A DNA stretch of 64,000 nucleotides from an uncultured Rikenellaceae bacterium (GTDB lineage Bacteria > Bacteroidota > Bacteroidia > Bacteroidales > VadinHA17). This document shows, piece after piece, positions 8,167 to 17,239 of this stretch (its first letter is position 1; each line of letters begins with the position of its first letter). The notes beneath the pieces are model-generated. The model saw only the letters and a program-made list of their open reading frames with translations. It was not told the origin of the DNA and ran no database searches. The stretch is from NCBI GenBank assembly GCA_964638955.1, contig CAZWZQ010000008.1, positions 824 to 64,823 on the forward strand, written 5' to 3'. The translations under genes were made by a program, and so were the position numbers.

Positions 8167-10666
8167 CAGATCCGGTTATTGTTTCTTTCTTCATGACTAC
8201 CATGTATAAAGATCCGGCGCATAGAAGTATCAGCAATAAAGAGCTTGCAAATGATATCCGCGTGCCGGTACGGTAGGATTCAGGTTCAAATCTGAAGATT
8301 ATCTCATGATCTCCGGCAGGCACCTCCATGGCCCTCAATACATAATTGGCCTTTACATAAGGAACCTCATTTCCATCTATATAGGAATTCCATCCATCAG
8401 GATAATAAATCTCGGAAAATACTGCCAGCCCGTTACTTTCTGAAGAACTATGGTAAATCAGCTCATTTGCCTTATATGAGGTAAGTTCGATTCTTCTTGA
8501 TGAATCAGCAGGGTAATTTTCTTTTGAAAGAAGATGTCTGAAGCTTTTGTCAATTAATGCCTCTCTGGAAGGATCAATACTGTTAATAAGGCTTATCTCC
8601 TCATCAGCATTTTCCACGATTCTGTATGAGTCTACAAACCAGGCATTTCCAAGAGCGTTTTTGTTTTCCAGAGGCAATCCCTGCGGATCAATTATTATAT
8701 ATTTTGTATTGAGCATATTGAGAGAATTTGCCTTTTCAAGGCTGCCTGTCAGCTTCCCGGACAACGAATCAGTGTAACTGTTATTTTGGTAGGTATCAAT
8801 GAAATCATTTATTTCAGGGGTGAGGCAATATTGAATTAATTCACTGTAAATCTGAAGTTTGGCACCATGATAACCTCCGATCGACTTATGCCAGGCAGAT
8901 GTTGAAGCATCATTGAAGGGAGAGACCGTGAGGTTCAGCACTCTGTAGCTTAAAGACTGATCTTCAAGAATTGCCTTGTCGGCAACTGTCATCGGGTAGG
9001 GTTCTGAAGCTGTAGAGGCTTTTGTGAAATTGCTCTCATTCAGAAATCTCCTGCTAACCGGCCACATATCCAGAAGAATAAGCAATGCAAGGAGGCCAAT
9101 GGCATATTTCATATTGATCTTTTTGTAGTAATATGCTAAAAGAGAAGCTGCTGCCAGGATAATAAAAATCAATGATCTGAAAGCGTCTGACCGGAGCATT
9201 TCCTCCCGGTCGGCCGTTAATGCTGATTCGAAGATTCTCTGCACATCGGGAGTCAGCCTCAGATACCGGAAGATTGAAGTATCGTTTGAAGAGATAAAAT
9301 TACCTGCAATACCCGGAGAAACGGAAAACAATAAACATAATCCTCCTGTTATTACGGCAGACCATATAAGTGATCTGTTGAACCTCTTTTTTTCTATCGT
9401 ACCCTGAAAAATATCTTTCAATGCCAGCGAGGCCATGAGGGGTATAGTGAAACCAGCAATTATCAAGATGGTGGAAACAGCCCGGAATTTATTGTATCCG
9501 GGGAAATAATCCAGGAAAAAATTGGTAAGCGGCATGAAATTCCTTCCCCATGATAAAAAAATTGAAAGAATTGTTGCGGCCAGCAGCCACCACTTTTCCC
9601 TTCCCTCAATAAGAAAAATCCCAAGTACAAAAAGAAATATCACAATAGCACCTGCATACACTGATGATGTGCTTGGTTGTTCTCCGCGATAAGCACTGAA
9701 TACAGATGATAATTGGGTTGCGTTATATCTCTGCAATATTTTATATGTTTCTGTCCCCCTTTCAAATCGTATTGAGCTTCCTCCTCCCATATAGTCCGGA
9801 ATAAGGAGAGTAAGAGTTTCATCAATGCCAATGCTCCATCCCGTGATATAATTTTTATCGAGTCCTGATGTATTCTCTTCCCGGCTCAGATTAGAGCCTC
9901 CTCTGGTCGTGTATTTTGTGTAATCCAGAGTGGTTTTGAGGTGTGTAAAATTGGTACCTGAAGCCAGGATTACGGCAACAATAAGCACACCCAGTGATTT
10001 CATTAATCCCGGAACCTTCTTCTCTTTTATTGCATATATAAGTTCGGAAATACCATAAATAATGACTATCAGCAGGGCATAATAAGTGATTTGCAGATGA
10101 TTGGCTATCAACTCAAAAGCGATACAGATGCCTGCCAGCGCCGCTCCGGCCAGCCTGTTTTTTCGTATCGTAAGTACAATTCCTGCTATCATCGGAGCCA
10201 TGTAGGCAAGAGCATAGGCTTTAGTATTATGACCGGCCGCAAGAAGAATGAAATTATATGAACAAAAGGCAAAAGCTATGGATCCGGGAATAGCAAGCCA
10301 GGGATTCACACCGTAAACAATAAGCAGAATATAAAATCCCAGCATCAACAGTATTATGGGTGCAACCGGGGTGCCGAATGCTTTTAGAAAGTTATATACA
10401 GGTTTAATAATATTGCCTGGATATACTGTGGAAATAAGATAGGCCGGCATTCCGCCAAAAAGTGAATTTGTCCATAATGGCTCCTCATGATATTTCTCAC
10501 GGTGTTCAATGATCTCTTTTGCTGTTGCTCTGAAAACATTATTATCGTTGGCAATCAGCTTTTTGCCTTCAAGAACAGGCGAAAAATAAATAAATGAGAG
10601 TGCTGTAAAAATAATGACGGCAATAAGATAGACCCAGTATTCAGGTAATTTGATTTTCTTCTTCAT
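8150..10666 (-). CDS. YfhO-family polytopic membrane protein (GT-C-like extracytoplasmic glycosyltransferase candidate)
   Basis: 838 aa with many TM helices in the N-terminal two thirds and a large C-terminal soluble domain. The N-terminus (SFIYFSPVLEGKKL..ND......A.EI..HREKY.EEPLWTNSLFGGMPAYLIS) is typical of Bacteroidota YfhO proteins as I recall them. Confidence 0.75.
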   Translation of the reverse strand: MKKKIKLPEYWVYLIAVIIFTALSFIYFSPVLEGKKLIANDNNVFRATAKEIIEHREKYHEEPLWTNSLFGGMPAYLISTVYPGNIIKPVYNFLKAFGTPVAPIILLMLGFYILLIVYGVNPWLAIPGSIAFAFCSYNFILLAAGHNTKAYALAYMAPMIAGIVLTIRKNRLAGAALAGICIAFELIANHLQITYYALLIVIIYGISELIYAIKEKKVPGLMKSLGVLIVAVILASGTNFTHLKTTLDYTKYTTRGGSNLSREENTSGLDKNYITGWSIGIDETLTLLIPDYMGGGSSIRFERGTETYKILQRYNATQLSSVFSAYRGEQPSTSSVYAGAIVIFLFVLGIFLIEGREKWWLLAATILSIFLSWGRNFMPLTNFFLDYFPGYNKFRAVSTILIIAGFTIPLMASLALKDIFQGTIEKKRFNRSLIWSAVITGGLCLLFSVSPGIAGNFISSNDTSIFRYLRLTPDVQRIFESALTADREEMLRSDAFRSLIFIILAAASLLAYYYKKINMKYAIGLLALLILLDMWPVSRRFLNESNFTKASTASEPYPMTVADKAILEDQSLSYRVLNLTVSPFNDASTSAWHKSIGGYHGAKLQIYSELIQYCLTPEINDFIDTYQNNSYTDSLSGKLTGSLEKANSLNMLNTKYIIIDPQGLPLENKNALGNAWFVDSYRIVENADEEISLINSIDPSREALIDKSFRHLLSKENYPADSSRRIELTSYKANELIYHSSSESNGLAVFSEIYYPDGWNSYIDGNEVPYVKANYVLRAMEVPAGDHEIIFRFEPESYRTGTRISFASSLLLILLCAGSLYMVVMKKETITGSDDKSE

Positions 10667-10760
10667 TTGTCAGTTAAATCATTACCAGAAAAGTTGAAAC
10701 AAAAGTAGTTATTTTTATATATGTAGCCCCGACAAACAGGGTAAATACGTATATCAGGAA

Positions 10761-10958
10761 TCATTTTAATAGTGAACGGATCCTGCTAATGACCAGTTTT
10801 TTAATATCATCGACATCGCCGGATACTTTCAGAACAACAATAAGGGATCCGAATACAAGTGTCATCAATATACTTCTGACGAAGATATCAAAGATAAAAT
10901 TGGGGAGCTCCGGTATGAGGAGGCTGAAGAAATATGTTAATACCATAATATCAATAGC
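10761..10958 (-). pseudogene. Relic of the 3' end of a second Wzx-like flippase gene (opposite orientation to the intact one)
   Basis: The stop-to-stop frame encodes only 65 aa. The sequence SLLIPELPNFIFDIFVRSILMTLVFGSLIVVLKVSGDVDDIKKLVISRIRS aligns with the C-terminus of the adjacent flippase (SLFIPEMDLITDILIRSIVITIIFIIATLTLKLSDDAQRIWKQIIFMIRRS). Confidence 0.45.
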
Positions 10959-11020
10959 TCAATGGATATTAGTGTATATTTGCATTCATTCAGGAATAAT
11001 TATTTATGTAAATAGCTGAG

Positions 11021-12499
11021 GTGGGAATAATCAGGCAACAAACAATAAAAGGGACTATCTATTCCTATCTGGGAGTGGTTATCGGCTTTGTAAACCTGGC
11101 AATATTATCGCCCATTGTTTTCACCAGCGACCAGATAGGACTAACACAGGTTATAATTGCCATTGCGACCATCCTCGCACAGTTAGGTAGTCTGGGTTTT
11201 AATAATGTAACCAACCGGCTTTTTCCTTATTTCAGGGCAGGCAGCAAAGATCATAACGGATTCCTTTCTCTTGCATTCCTGGTTACTTCTGCCGGCTTCA
11301 TCATATCACTTGTAATCCTGTTCATTTATCTGCCAAGATTCACAGAGATCAACCTGGAAAAATCATCATTACTTTCTATTTACGCTTTTTATATCCCGGT
11401 ACTGTTAGGAGTGGTAATGCTGTTTAACCTTCTTGATAATTATTGCAAAGTACTTTTTAATGCAACGATTGGAATTGTCCTGAAGGAGGTGGTTATCAGG
11501 CTGCTTAATCTGGGATTTATCCTTTTGTTTTTTTTCAGGATGATAGACTTTGACAGCTATATGCTGCTTTTTGTCCTTTCACAGGCATTCCCTGCCCTTA
11601 TTATTATTGTTTATCTGCTGGCAAGAGGCGAATTCAGATTTACAGGTTTCAGGCACATCATTAACAGGGATCTCCTGAAACAAATAATAAGTCTGTGTCT
11701 CTTTGGCATTATTGCCGGTTTAAGCGGAATTGCCCTGACAAATATCGATAAGTACATGGTTAATAGATACAGCGGTCTTAGTGATGCCGGTATTTATTCG
11801 ATAGCTGTCTATTTCGCCACCCTGATACTTATACCGGCCCGTTCGCTGGGGAAAATATCAGTTCCTGTTATTGCCGAAGCCTGGAAAAGGAATGATATGG
11901 AAGAGATCTCGACAATATACAGGAAAAGCAGTATAAATCAATTCCTGATAGGATTGCTGATCTTTGTGGGGATATTCGGAAACATGAATAATATTTTCAG
12001 ATTACTGCCGCATGAATATGCTGCCGGTGAGATGGTCATTATTTTCTATTCCGCTGCAAACATTATTAACATTTCCACAGGTGTAAGCCAGTATATTCTT
12101 GGAACATCTTCCCTTTACAGGTATCAGACATTCCTGATGATTTTGTTGATCGTCCTTATTGTAGTTTCAAACCTGATCCTGATCCCGCTTATGGGTATGA
12201 CCGGTGCTGCCCTTGCCTCTCTTATTTCAATGTTTGTTTATACACTGCTCACATTAATAATACTGAAAGTGAAATTTGATCTGTGGCCTTTCAGTAGTAA
12301 ACATATTACAGCGATGATCCTTTCGGTAATAATATGGGCAATTTCGTTGTTTATACCTGAGATGGATCTTATTACTGATATCCTGATAAGGAGCATAGTC
12401 ATTACCATAATATTCATTATTGCCACCCTGACTCTCAAATTATCAGATGATGCTCAGAGGATATGGAAACAGATTATCTTTATGATAAGAAGAAGTTAA
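11021..12499 (+). CDS. Oligosaccharide/polysaccharide flippase (Wzx/MOP superfamily)
   Basis: 492 aa with about 12-14 TM helices. The overall pattern is that of polysaccharide biosynthesis protein family members. GTG start. Its 3' end converges with, and overlaps by 4 nt, the gene at 12496-13020. Confidence 0.8.
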   Translation: MGIIRQQTIKGTIYSYLGVVIGFVNLAILSPIVFTSDQIGLTQVIIAIATILAQLGSLGFNNVTNRLFPYFRAGSKDHNGFLSLAFLVTSAGFIISLVILFIYLPRFTEINLEKSSLLSIYAFYIPVLLGVVMLFNLLDNYCKVLFNATIGIVLKEVVIRLLNLGFILLFFFRMIDFDSYMLLFVLSQAFPALIIIVYLLARGEFRFTGFRHIINRDLLKQIISLCLFGIIAGLSGIALTNIDKYMVNRYSGLSDAGIYSIAVYFATLILIPARSLGKISVPVIAEAWKRNDMEEISTIYRKSSINQFLIGLLIFVGIFGNMNNIFRLLPHEYAAGEMVIIFYSAANIINISTGVSQYILGTSSLYRYQTFLMILLIVLIVVSNLILIPLMGMTGAALASLISMFVYTLLTLIILKVKFDLWPFSSKHITAMILSVIIWAISLFIPEMDLITDILIRSIVITIIFIIATLTLKLSDDAQRIWKQIIFMIRRS

Positions 12500-13020
12500 A
12501 CTGACCTTACAGCATATACTCCATAGTACCTTGGAGTAAACCTCCGCAGTAAAGATCTTAAGCCTATTGTTCCTGTAGGGCTGACCCATTTTTTCCTTTC
12601 AATGATCTTCCATCCGGCTTTTTCCAGAAGCCAGTCAAACTGCCAGTCTTCAAATTCATGGTAGTGTCTGTCCCACAGATCATTATCATTACGGTATGCT
12701 TTGGCAAACCATAGTTTAAGAGGTACGGTTGCAATCAGCCGGTCTGCCGGAAGGCTTTTTAAAAGCGGGAACGGAGAAACCAGGTGTTCAAGAATCTCAA
12801 ATGCTGTAACGAGGTCGGCTTTGTAATTGCCCACACTCTCAGGTTCAAGATCAAGATCCTGTCCTTCTGTATTTGTTACTTCATATCCGTTATTTGTAAG
12901 CAGGTTTGTGAATTCATTGGGAGTACCCAAATCCAGGATCTGATACTTACCCGGCAGTACCTCCTCAATGAAATTAAGTGTTGTGTGATACCTGTTCCCG
13001 ATAGATGGGTATAATTTCAT
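12496..13020 (-). CDS. Small methyltransferase-like protein (class I SAM-MTase fold, degenerate motif I)
   Basis: ILDLGTPNEF (motif I-like) and AFEILEHLVSPFPLL (post-II/III-like). There is a 4-nt ATGA overlap with the upstream GT4 gene. Confidence 0.5.
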   Translation of the reverse strand: MKLYPSIGNRYHTTLNFIEEVLPGKYQILDLGTPNEFTNLLTNNGYEVTNTEGQDLDLEPESVGNYKADLVTAFEILEHLVSPFPLLKSLPADRLIATVPLKLWFAKAYRNDNDLWDRHYHEFEDWQFDWLLEKAGWKIIERKKWVSPTGTIGLRSLLRRFTPRYYGVYAVRSV

Positions 13021-14195
13021 GACCTGGTATTATTTAGCTTCCGATAAAGTGACAATAGTTTCTTTGCCTCCGGTTCCCAGTTATATTTACCTCTTACTGC
13101 ATTATTTGAATCCGAATATTTTTTCATCTCTGAGGGATCGGTAATAAAAGACCTCATAATTTGTGCAAGACTCCGGAAATCTCCGCTTGGAAAAATAATT
13201 CCCGAGCCCGATTCTTCAAGTATTCTCTTAATTGGATTACAATCAGATGAGATAACAGGGAATCCGTAATACATATAGAAGAAGAGTTTATGAGGGATGG
13301 TATTATCTGTATGGTCAGTCTTGATGTGTGGTATTAACGCAACATCTCCATCAGACAGTTTTTCGAACGCTTCATATTCGGAAAGCCATCCTGTAAAACA
13401 GATGTTTTTTAATCCGTACTGGTCAACCATCCGTTTTAAGCTGGCTACATACCTTCCATCTCCAATGATCTTTACAGAAAACCTTTCAGAAAGATCATTT
13501 ATTAATCGAGCTGCTTCCAGAACGTATTGTAAACCCCTGTGATAGGTGACCCCACCGAGGTAAACAAATACTATTTTACCATCCTGACGTGGCTGTTTTG
13601 TGAATTGAGCATAATTTTCAAATTTGAGGTAATTACTGACAATCTCTATCTTATCAGGGTCAACGCCAAGCTTAATAAGCCTTGTTTTCGCCTCCTCGAT
13701 GACTACTATTATATGATCGACCATGTTTACAAAGGTTCTTTCATAGGCTTTCCATTTCCTGATAGAACAGAGAAGCCTGCCCGGAATGGTCTTGGTATGC
13801 TCGGATATTTCGAGCAGGGCAGGATAATTTTCATGAAGATCGAGAACCAGTTTTAGTCTTTTTTCTTTTGCAATGTCGTAACAGATACTGATAAGCGGAA
13901 GATCATGAACATGAATTACGTCATAATTTTCTGATGCCAGGATCTTTAAAATATGTTTCTTCCAGAAGTTAAAATAAACCGGAAAAGACAATGCAGCCAC
14001 ACTGCTTTTCATTGTGAATTTTGAAATTCCAAGCCGGTATAACTTTATGTTTTTATAATGCTCAACAATCGATTTGCTTGTTGTACTGTAACAAATGATA
14101 CCCACTTCATGACTTTCTGAAATAAGGCTTAAAGCTTCGTTTTCAACTCTTGTATCACCGGTAAAGATCGACTCAAGGATCATCAGGATTTTCAT
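13017..14195 (-). CDS. Glycosyltransferase family 4 (GT-B fold)
   Basis: 392 aa. The N-terminal half has IHVHDLP. The C-terminal half has the GT1/GT4 signature region (ALIPHIKTDHTDNTIPHKLFFYMYYGFPVISSD..PIKRILEESGSGIIF). Confidence 0.8.
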   Translation of the reverse strand: MKILMILESIFTGDTRVENEALSLISESHEVGIICYSTTSKSIVEHYKNIKLYRLGISKFTMKSSVAALSFPVYFNFWKKHILKILASENYDVIHVHDLPLISICYDIAKEKRLKLVLDLHENYPALLEISEHTKTIPGRLLCSIRKWKAYERTFVNMVDHIIVVIEEAKTRLIKLGVDPDKIEIVSNYLKFENYAQFTKQPRQDGKIVFVYLGGVTYHRGLQYVLEAARLINDLSERFSVKIIGDGRYVASLKRMVDQYGLKNICFTGWLSEYEAFEKLSDGDVALIPHIKTDHTDNTIPHKLFFYMYYGFPVISSDCNPIKRILEESGSGIIFPSGDFRSLAQIMRSFITDPSEMKKYSDSNNAVRGKYNWEPEAKKLLSLYRKLNNTRS

Positions 14196-14372
14196 GGCCC
14201 AAAGATAATAAAATCAACAATATGAAGGCATTTACGGAAGGTTGCAGATAATATTCCTGCCCCCATTATTATAATATATAAGATAAAATATTGATATGAT
14301 TTGTTATCTTCGTGTATGACTGTAAATTATTGCTGAGATCCATTTTTTTGTGGATGAAAGATCCGGAAGGAT

Positions 14373-14945
14373 ATGAAAAGGTTCCTGGAAAGATTATACA
14401 GGATTTTAAAGTCAAGGATCTACCTTGATGAATCATTTTACCTGTACAGGTTTAAAAGTGACCCCCGGATTGAATCTATTATTACTCTGGAGGAAGTTAA
14501 AGGTGAAAATATAAAAGATGTTCTTTCTTTTGAAAGCAAATCAACCTTGAAATACCTGGAACATATTATAAAAAAAGGCGAAAAAGGAATACTGGGTTAC
14601 TTGAACGGGGAATGTGTGCACAGGTCATTCTACAAGGACGCACCCGGTAAGGCCCTGGTATTCAAATTTCTGCCAATTATGATAGGAGAAAGTGAAATTT
14701 ATATCCATGATTGTGAAACAGCGGAAAAGGCAAAAGGGAAGAATATCTATCCCTTCGTAATATCATATATTGCAAGGAAATATTTCCCGTCAAAGCAGAT
14801 TTTGATAGCAACCAATGTCAATAATATGGCTTCAAGAAGAGGCATTGAAAAGGGAGGTTTTGAACCATTCAGGATTATGAGGATAAAAGTATTCTTTGGA
14901 TTTAAAAAAAGATCTTCGGAATCTTTACAAATAAATCTTAAATAA
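14373..14945 (+). CDS. GNAT-like acyltransferase
   Basis: A motif-A-like segment (ETAEKAKGKNIYPFVISYIA) and a C-terminal segment (NNMASRRGIEKGGFEP) are typical of GNAT folds. The call is weak and rests on motifs only. Confidence 0.5.
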   Translation: MKRFLERLYRILKSRIYLDESFYLYRFKSDPRIESIITLEEVKGENIKDVLSFESKSTLKYLEHIIKKGEKGILGYLNGECVHRSFYKDAPGKALVFKFLPIMIGESEIYIHDCETAEKAKGKNIYPFVISYIARKYFPSKQILIATNVNNMASRRGIEKGGFEPFRIMRIKVFFGFKKRSSESLQINLK

Positions 14946-15913
14946 TGAACTCAGAAGAAGAGAGAAAAGTATTATTCCGGCAGTTCTGTAATTCCGAAAA
15001 GAACATGCCGGTTTACGCAAATCCGTGGTGGCTTGATGCTGTCTGTGAGCCGTCAAACTGGGATGTACTGATCTTTTCTATAGGAGATGAACCTGTTGCA
15101 TCAATGCCATTTTATTTAACCAGGAGGCTGATGATCAATGTAATAAAAATGCCTGTCTTTACTCAGGCTCTCGGTCCTTATATTAAATACCCTGAAGAAA
15201 TCAGCCCGCAGGATAAGCTTGGCCTGGAAAAGAAGATATTCAGTTTTTTTATTGAGAACCTGCCACATGCAGGAGCACAATTCCATAATTTTCACTATTC
15301 TGTTTCCAACTGGCTGCCATTTTTCTGGAAAGGTTACAGACAATCAACAAGGTATACTTATGTAATAGATGATATATCAAATACTATCCGGGTATTTGAT
15401 AATTTCAGTTATGCCAAGAAGAAAAATATCAGGAAAGCTGAAAAGGAAGTCAAAATAAAGTTTGATATGTCTGCATCGGAATTCTATGAACACCACAGGA
15501 ATACCCTCAGGAAGCAGAACAGAAAGATAGTCTACAGATATGATACTTTCGAAAGATTATACCAGGCTGCATACAACAATCAGGCAGGAAGGATAATTTA
15601 TGCCGTTGATGGATCCTCTGTTATACACAGTGCAATATTTTGTGTATGGGACAGAGTGAGTGGTTATAACCTGATCAGTTCCATTGATAATGACTACAGG
15701 AGCAGTGGTTCCTCCAGCCTGCTTATATGGGAATTGATAAAAATGCTTAGCGGAAAAGTACAAAAATTTGATTTTGAAGGCAGTATGGATGAGCCGGTGG
15801 AAAACTCATTCAGACAGTTTGGAACAACCCAACACCCCTATCTGAGGATTTTCAGAATAGATAATCCAATCCTGAAAATAGCATATAGCTTTATTCCTCG
15901 TTCAACTGTATAA
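14945..15913 (+). CDS. FemAB-like / BioF2-like GNAT-fold acyltransferase (Acetyltransf_6-like)
   Basis: 322 aa. The layout resembles FemAB-family proteins found in polysaccharide loci (…YAKKKNIRKAEKE…, …SSGSSSLLIWELIK…FDFEGS…ENSFRQFG). Its start overlaps the stop of the upstream GNAT gene by 1 nt (TAATG). Confidence 0.5.
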   Translation: MNSEEERKVLFRQFCNSEKNMPVYANPWWLDAVCEPSNWDVLIFSIGDEPVASMPFYLTRRLMINVIKMPVFTQALGPYIKYPEEISPQDKLGLEKKIFSFFIENLPHAGAQFHNFHYSVSNWLPFFWKGYRQSTRYTYVIDDISNTIRVFDNFSYAKKKNIRKAEKEVKIKFDMSASEFYEHHRNTLRKQNRKIVYRYDTFERLYQAAYNNQAGRIIYAVDGSSVIHSAIFCVWDRVSGYNLISSIDNDYRSSGSSSLLIWELIKMLSGKVQKFDFEGSMDEPVENSFRQFGTTQHPYLRIFRIDNPILKIAYSFIPRSTV

Positions 15914-17239
15914 TTTGCAGATGTCATTCCCGGTCCTGAACTCGAATCCTTCCTTATTAAGATACTCAATTATTTCTGTATAAAATTCCCGGTATCCCTT
16001 GTGTTTGTACGGAGAAAAGTAATTATTGTGTAAAAGCAGGGTGAAAACGCCGTTATACTTTTTAACTTCATCAATAATAAGCCTGGCAGTTTGGAAACTT
16101 CCGGGACCTGTTCCGAGATATCCTTTCCTGTCAAGTGTTGTATCCATAACAGCCAGAGGGATCTCAAGTACTTCAGTGGGCCGGTCATTCTTATTATCAT
16201 AAAGGTAAAAAGGAGAACAGATTGAATTCCTGAATCCAATATTCTCGGCAAATCCCAGGGAAGAATCATACTTAATACCCGCAGCCTCAAGTATTCCCGG
16301 TGTAGTATCGTGGTTGAACAACAAAAAATGAAACCTGTTACCCGATACGGACATATCAATTCTGCTGCATTCATCCATAAGGCGTCTGTAATCTGATTCG
16401 GTTCCCGGGGATCCATGAAGGGCTATCTCCGCTCCGCTTTCAGAAAGCTTCATCAGGAGATCTCTGATTGATCCTGATTTAATGTCATAATCCGCACACT
16501 TTATTCCTTTTACTGAACCTTTCTGTGTCATGAAAAAAAATGTGGAAGTGACTCCCTTTTCTGTCTCAAGTATCCTTAGTTCTTTTATCAGCGAAGAATC
16601 ATTTTTATTTCTTAATTGCCTCATAACCAGTCCGGGAATCTTACCGAACTTCCTGTTTCTCATACACCACATTATATCCTCGATCCAGATTGTATTAATA
16701 AGATCCACATCATGTGTCATAAATGCAGAAGGTCTGCTTATCTGTCTTCGGAAATCAATTTCTCTTACCAGCAACATTTCCAGAGCAGTTTTTAATATAT
16801 CGAAATAGTAATTTACTACCGGGATATGGGTAATACCCAAAATAAACTGTATACCTGAATCATACCTGAACCGGCCATACTTATCAGGATCAGGGTGCAG
16901 CCTTTCATGCCACCCGCTGAGAAGATAGAATGAAGCAGAAATTACATCAAAATTTATAATGATGTTCCCCGGCTTTCCGGTAATAATGTTAAGATGGCTC
17001 TCTGCTCCTGAGTTAAAAATAAACGGGATTGATACATTTTTCCAGTCTCTGTACAGGACATTCGGGAAGTTAATTATTTCTTTACCTGAAAGACATCCTT
17101 CAACATTTTGACCCGGTCTGATTATTACTTTTTTAACCTTTTCCCCGGAACCTGAATAAGTAACGTATTTTTCAATATCCTCAAAGTCATAGATATTACA
17201 AAAAGCATCAAGAACATATTTTATCTTATTACCATTCAT
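15902..17239 (-). CDS. Polysaccharide deacetylase-like (NodB/CE4-like) protein with N-terminal extra domain
   Basis: FMTHDVDLI, TSTFFFM and AEIALHGSPG resemble the Asp-Asp / His motifs of the CE4 fold. There is a 4-nt overlap with the upstream glycosyltransferase gene. Confidence 0.5.
   Translation of the reverse strand: MNGNKIKYVLDAFCNIYDFEDIEKYVTYSGSGEKVKKVIIRPGQNVEGCLSGKEIINFPNVLYRDWKNVSIPFIFNSGAESHLNIITGKPGNIIINFDVISASFYLLSGWHERLHPDPDKYGRFRYDSGIQFILGITHIPVVNYYFDILKTALEMLLVREIDFRRQISRPSAFMTHDVDLINTIWIEDIMWCMRNRKFGKIPGLVMRQLRNKNDSSLIKELRILETEKGVTSTFFFMTQKGSVKGIKCADYDIKSGSIRDLLMKLSESGAEIALHGSPGTESDYRRLMDECSRIDMSVSGNRFHFLLFNHDTTPGILEAAGIKYDSSLGFAENIGFRNSICSPFYLYDNKNDRPTEVLEIPLAVMDTTLDRKGYLGTGPGSFQTARLIIDEVKKYNGVFTLLLHNNYFSPYKHKGYREFYTEIIEYLNKEGFEFRTGNDICKLYS

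Noticed and set aside
10753-10998. Direct repeat TCAGGAAT flanking the flippase relic (about 10753 and 10991), considered as a recombination or target-site duplication
   Set aside because: Only 8 exact bases match in an AT-rich 350-bp spacer, so a chance match of this length is expected.
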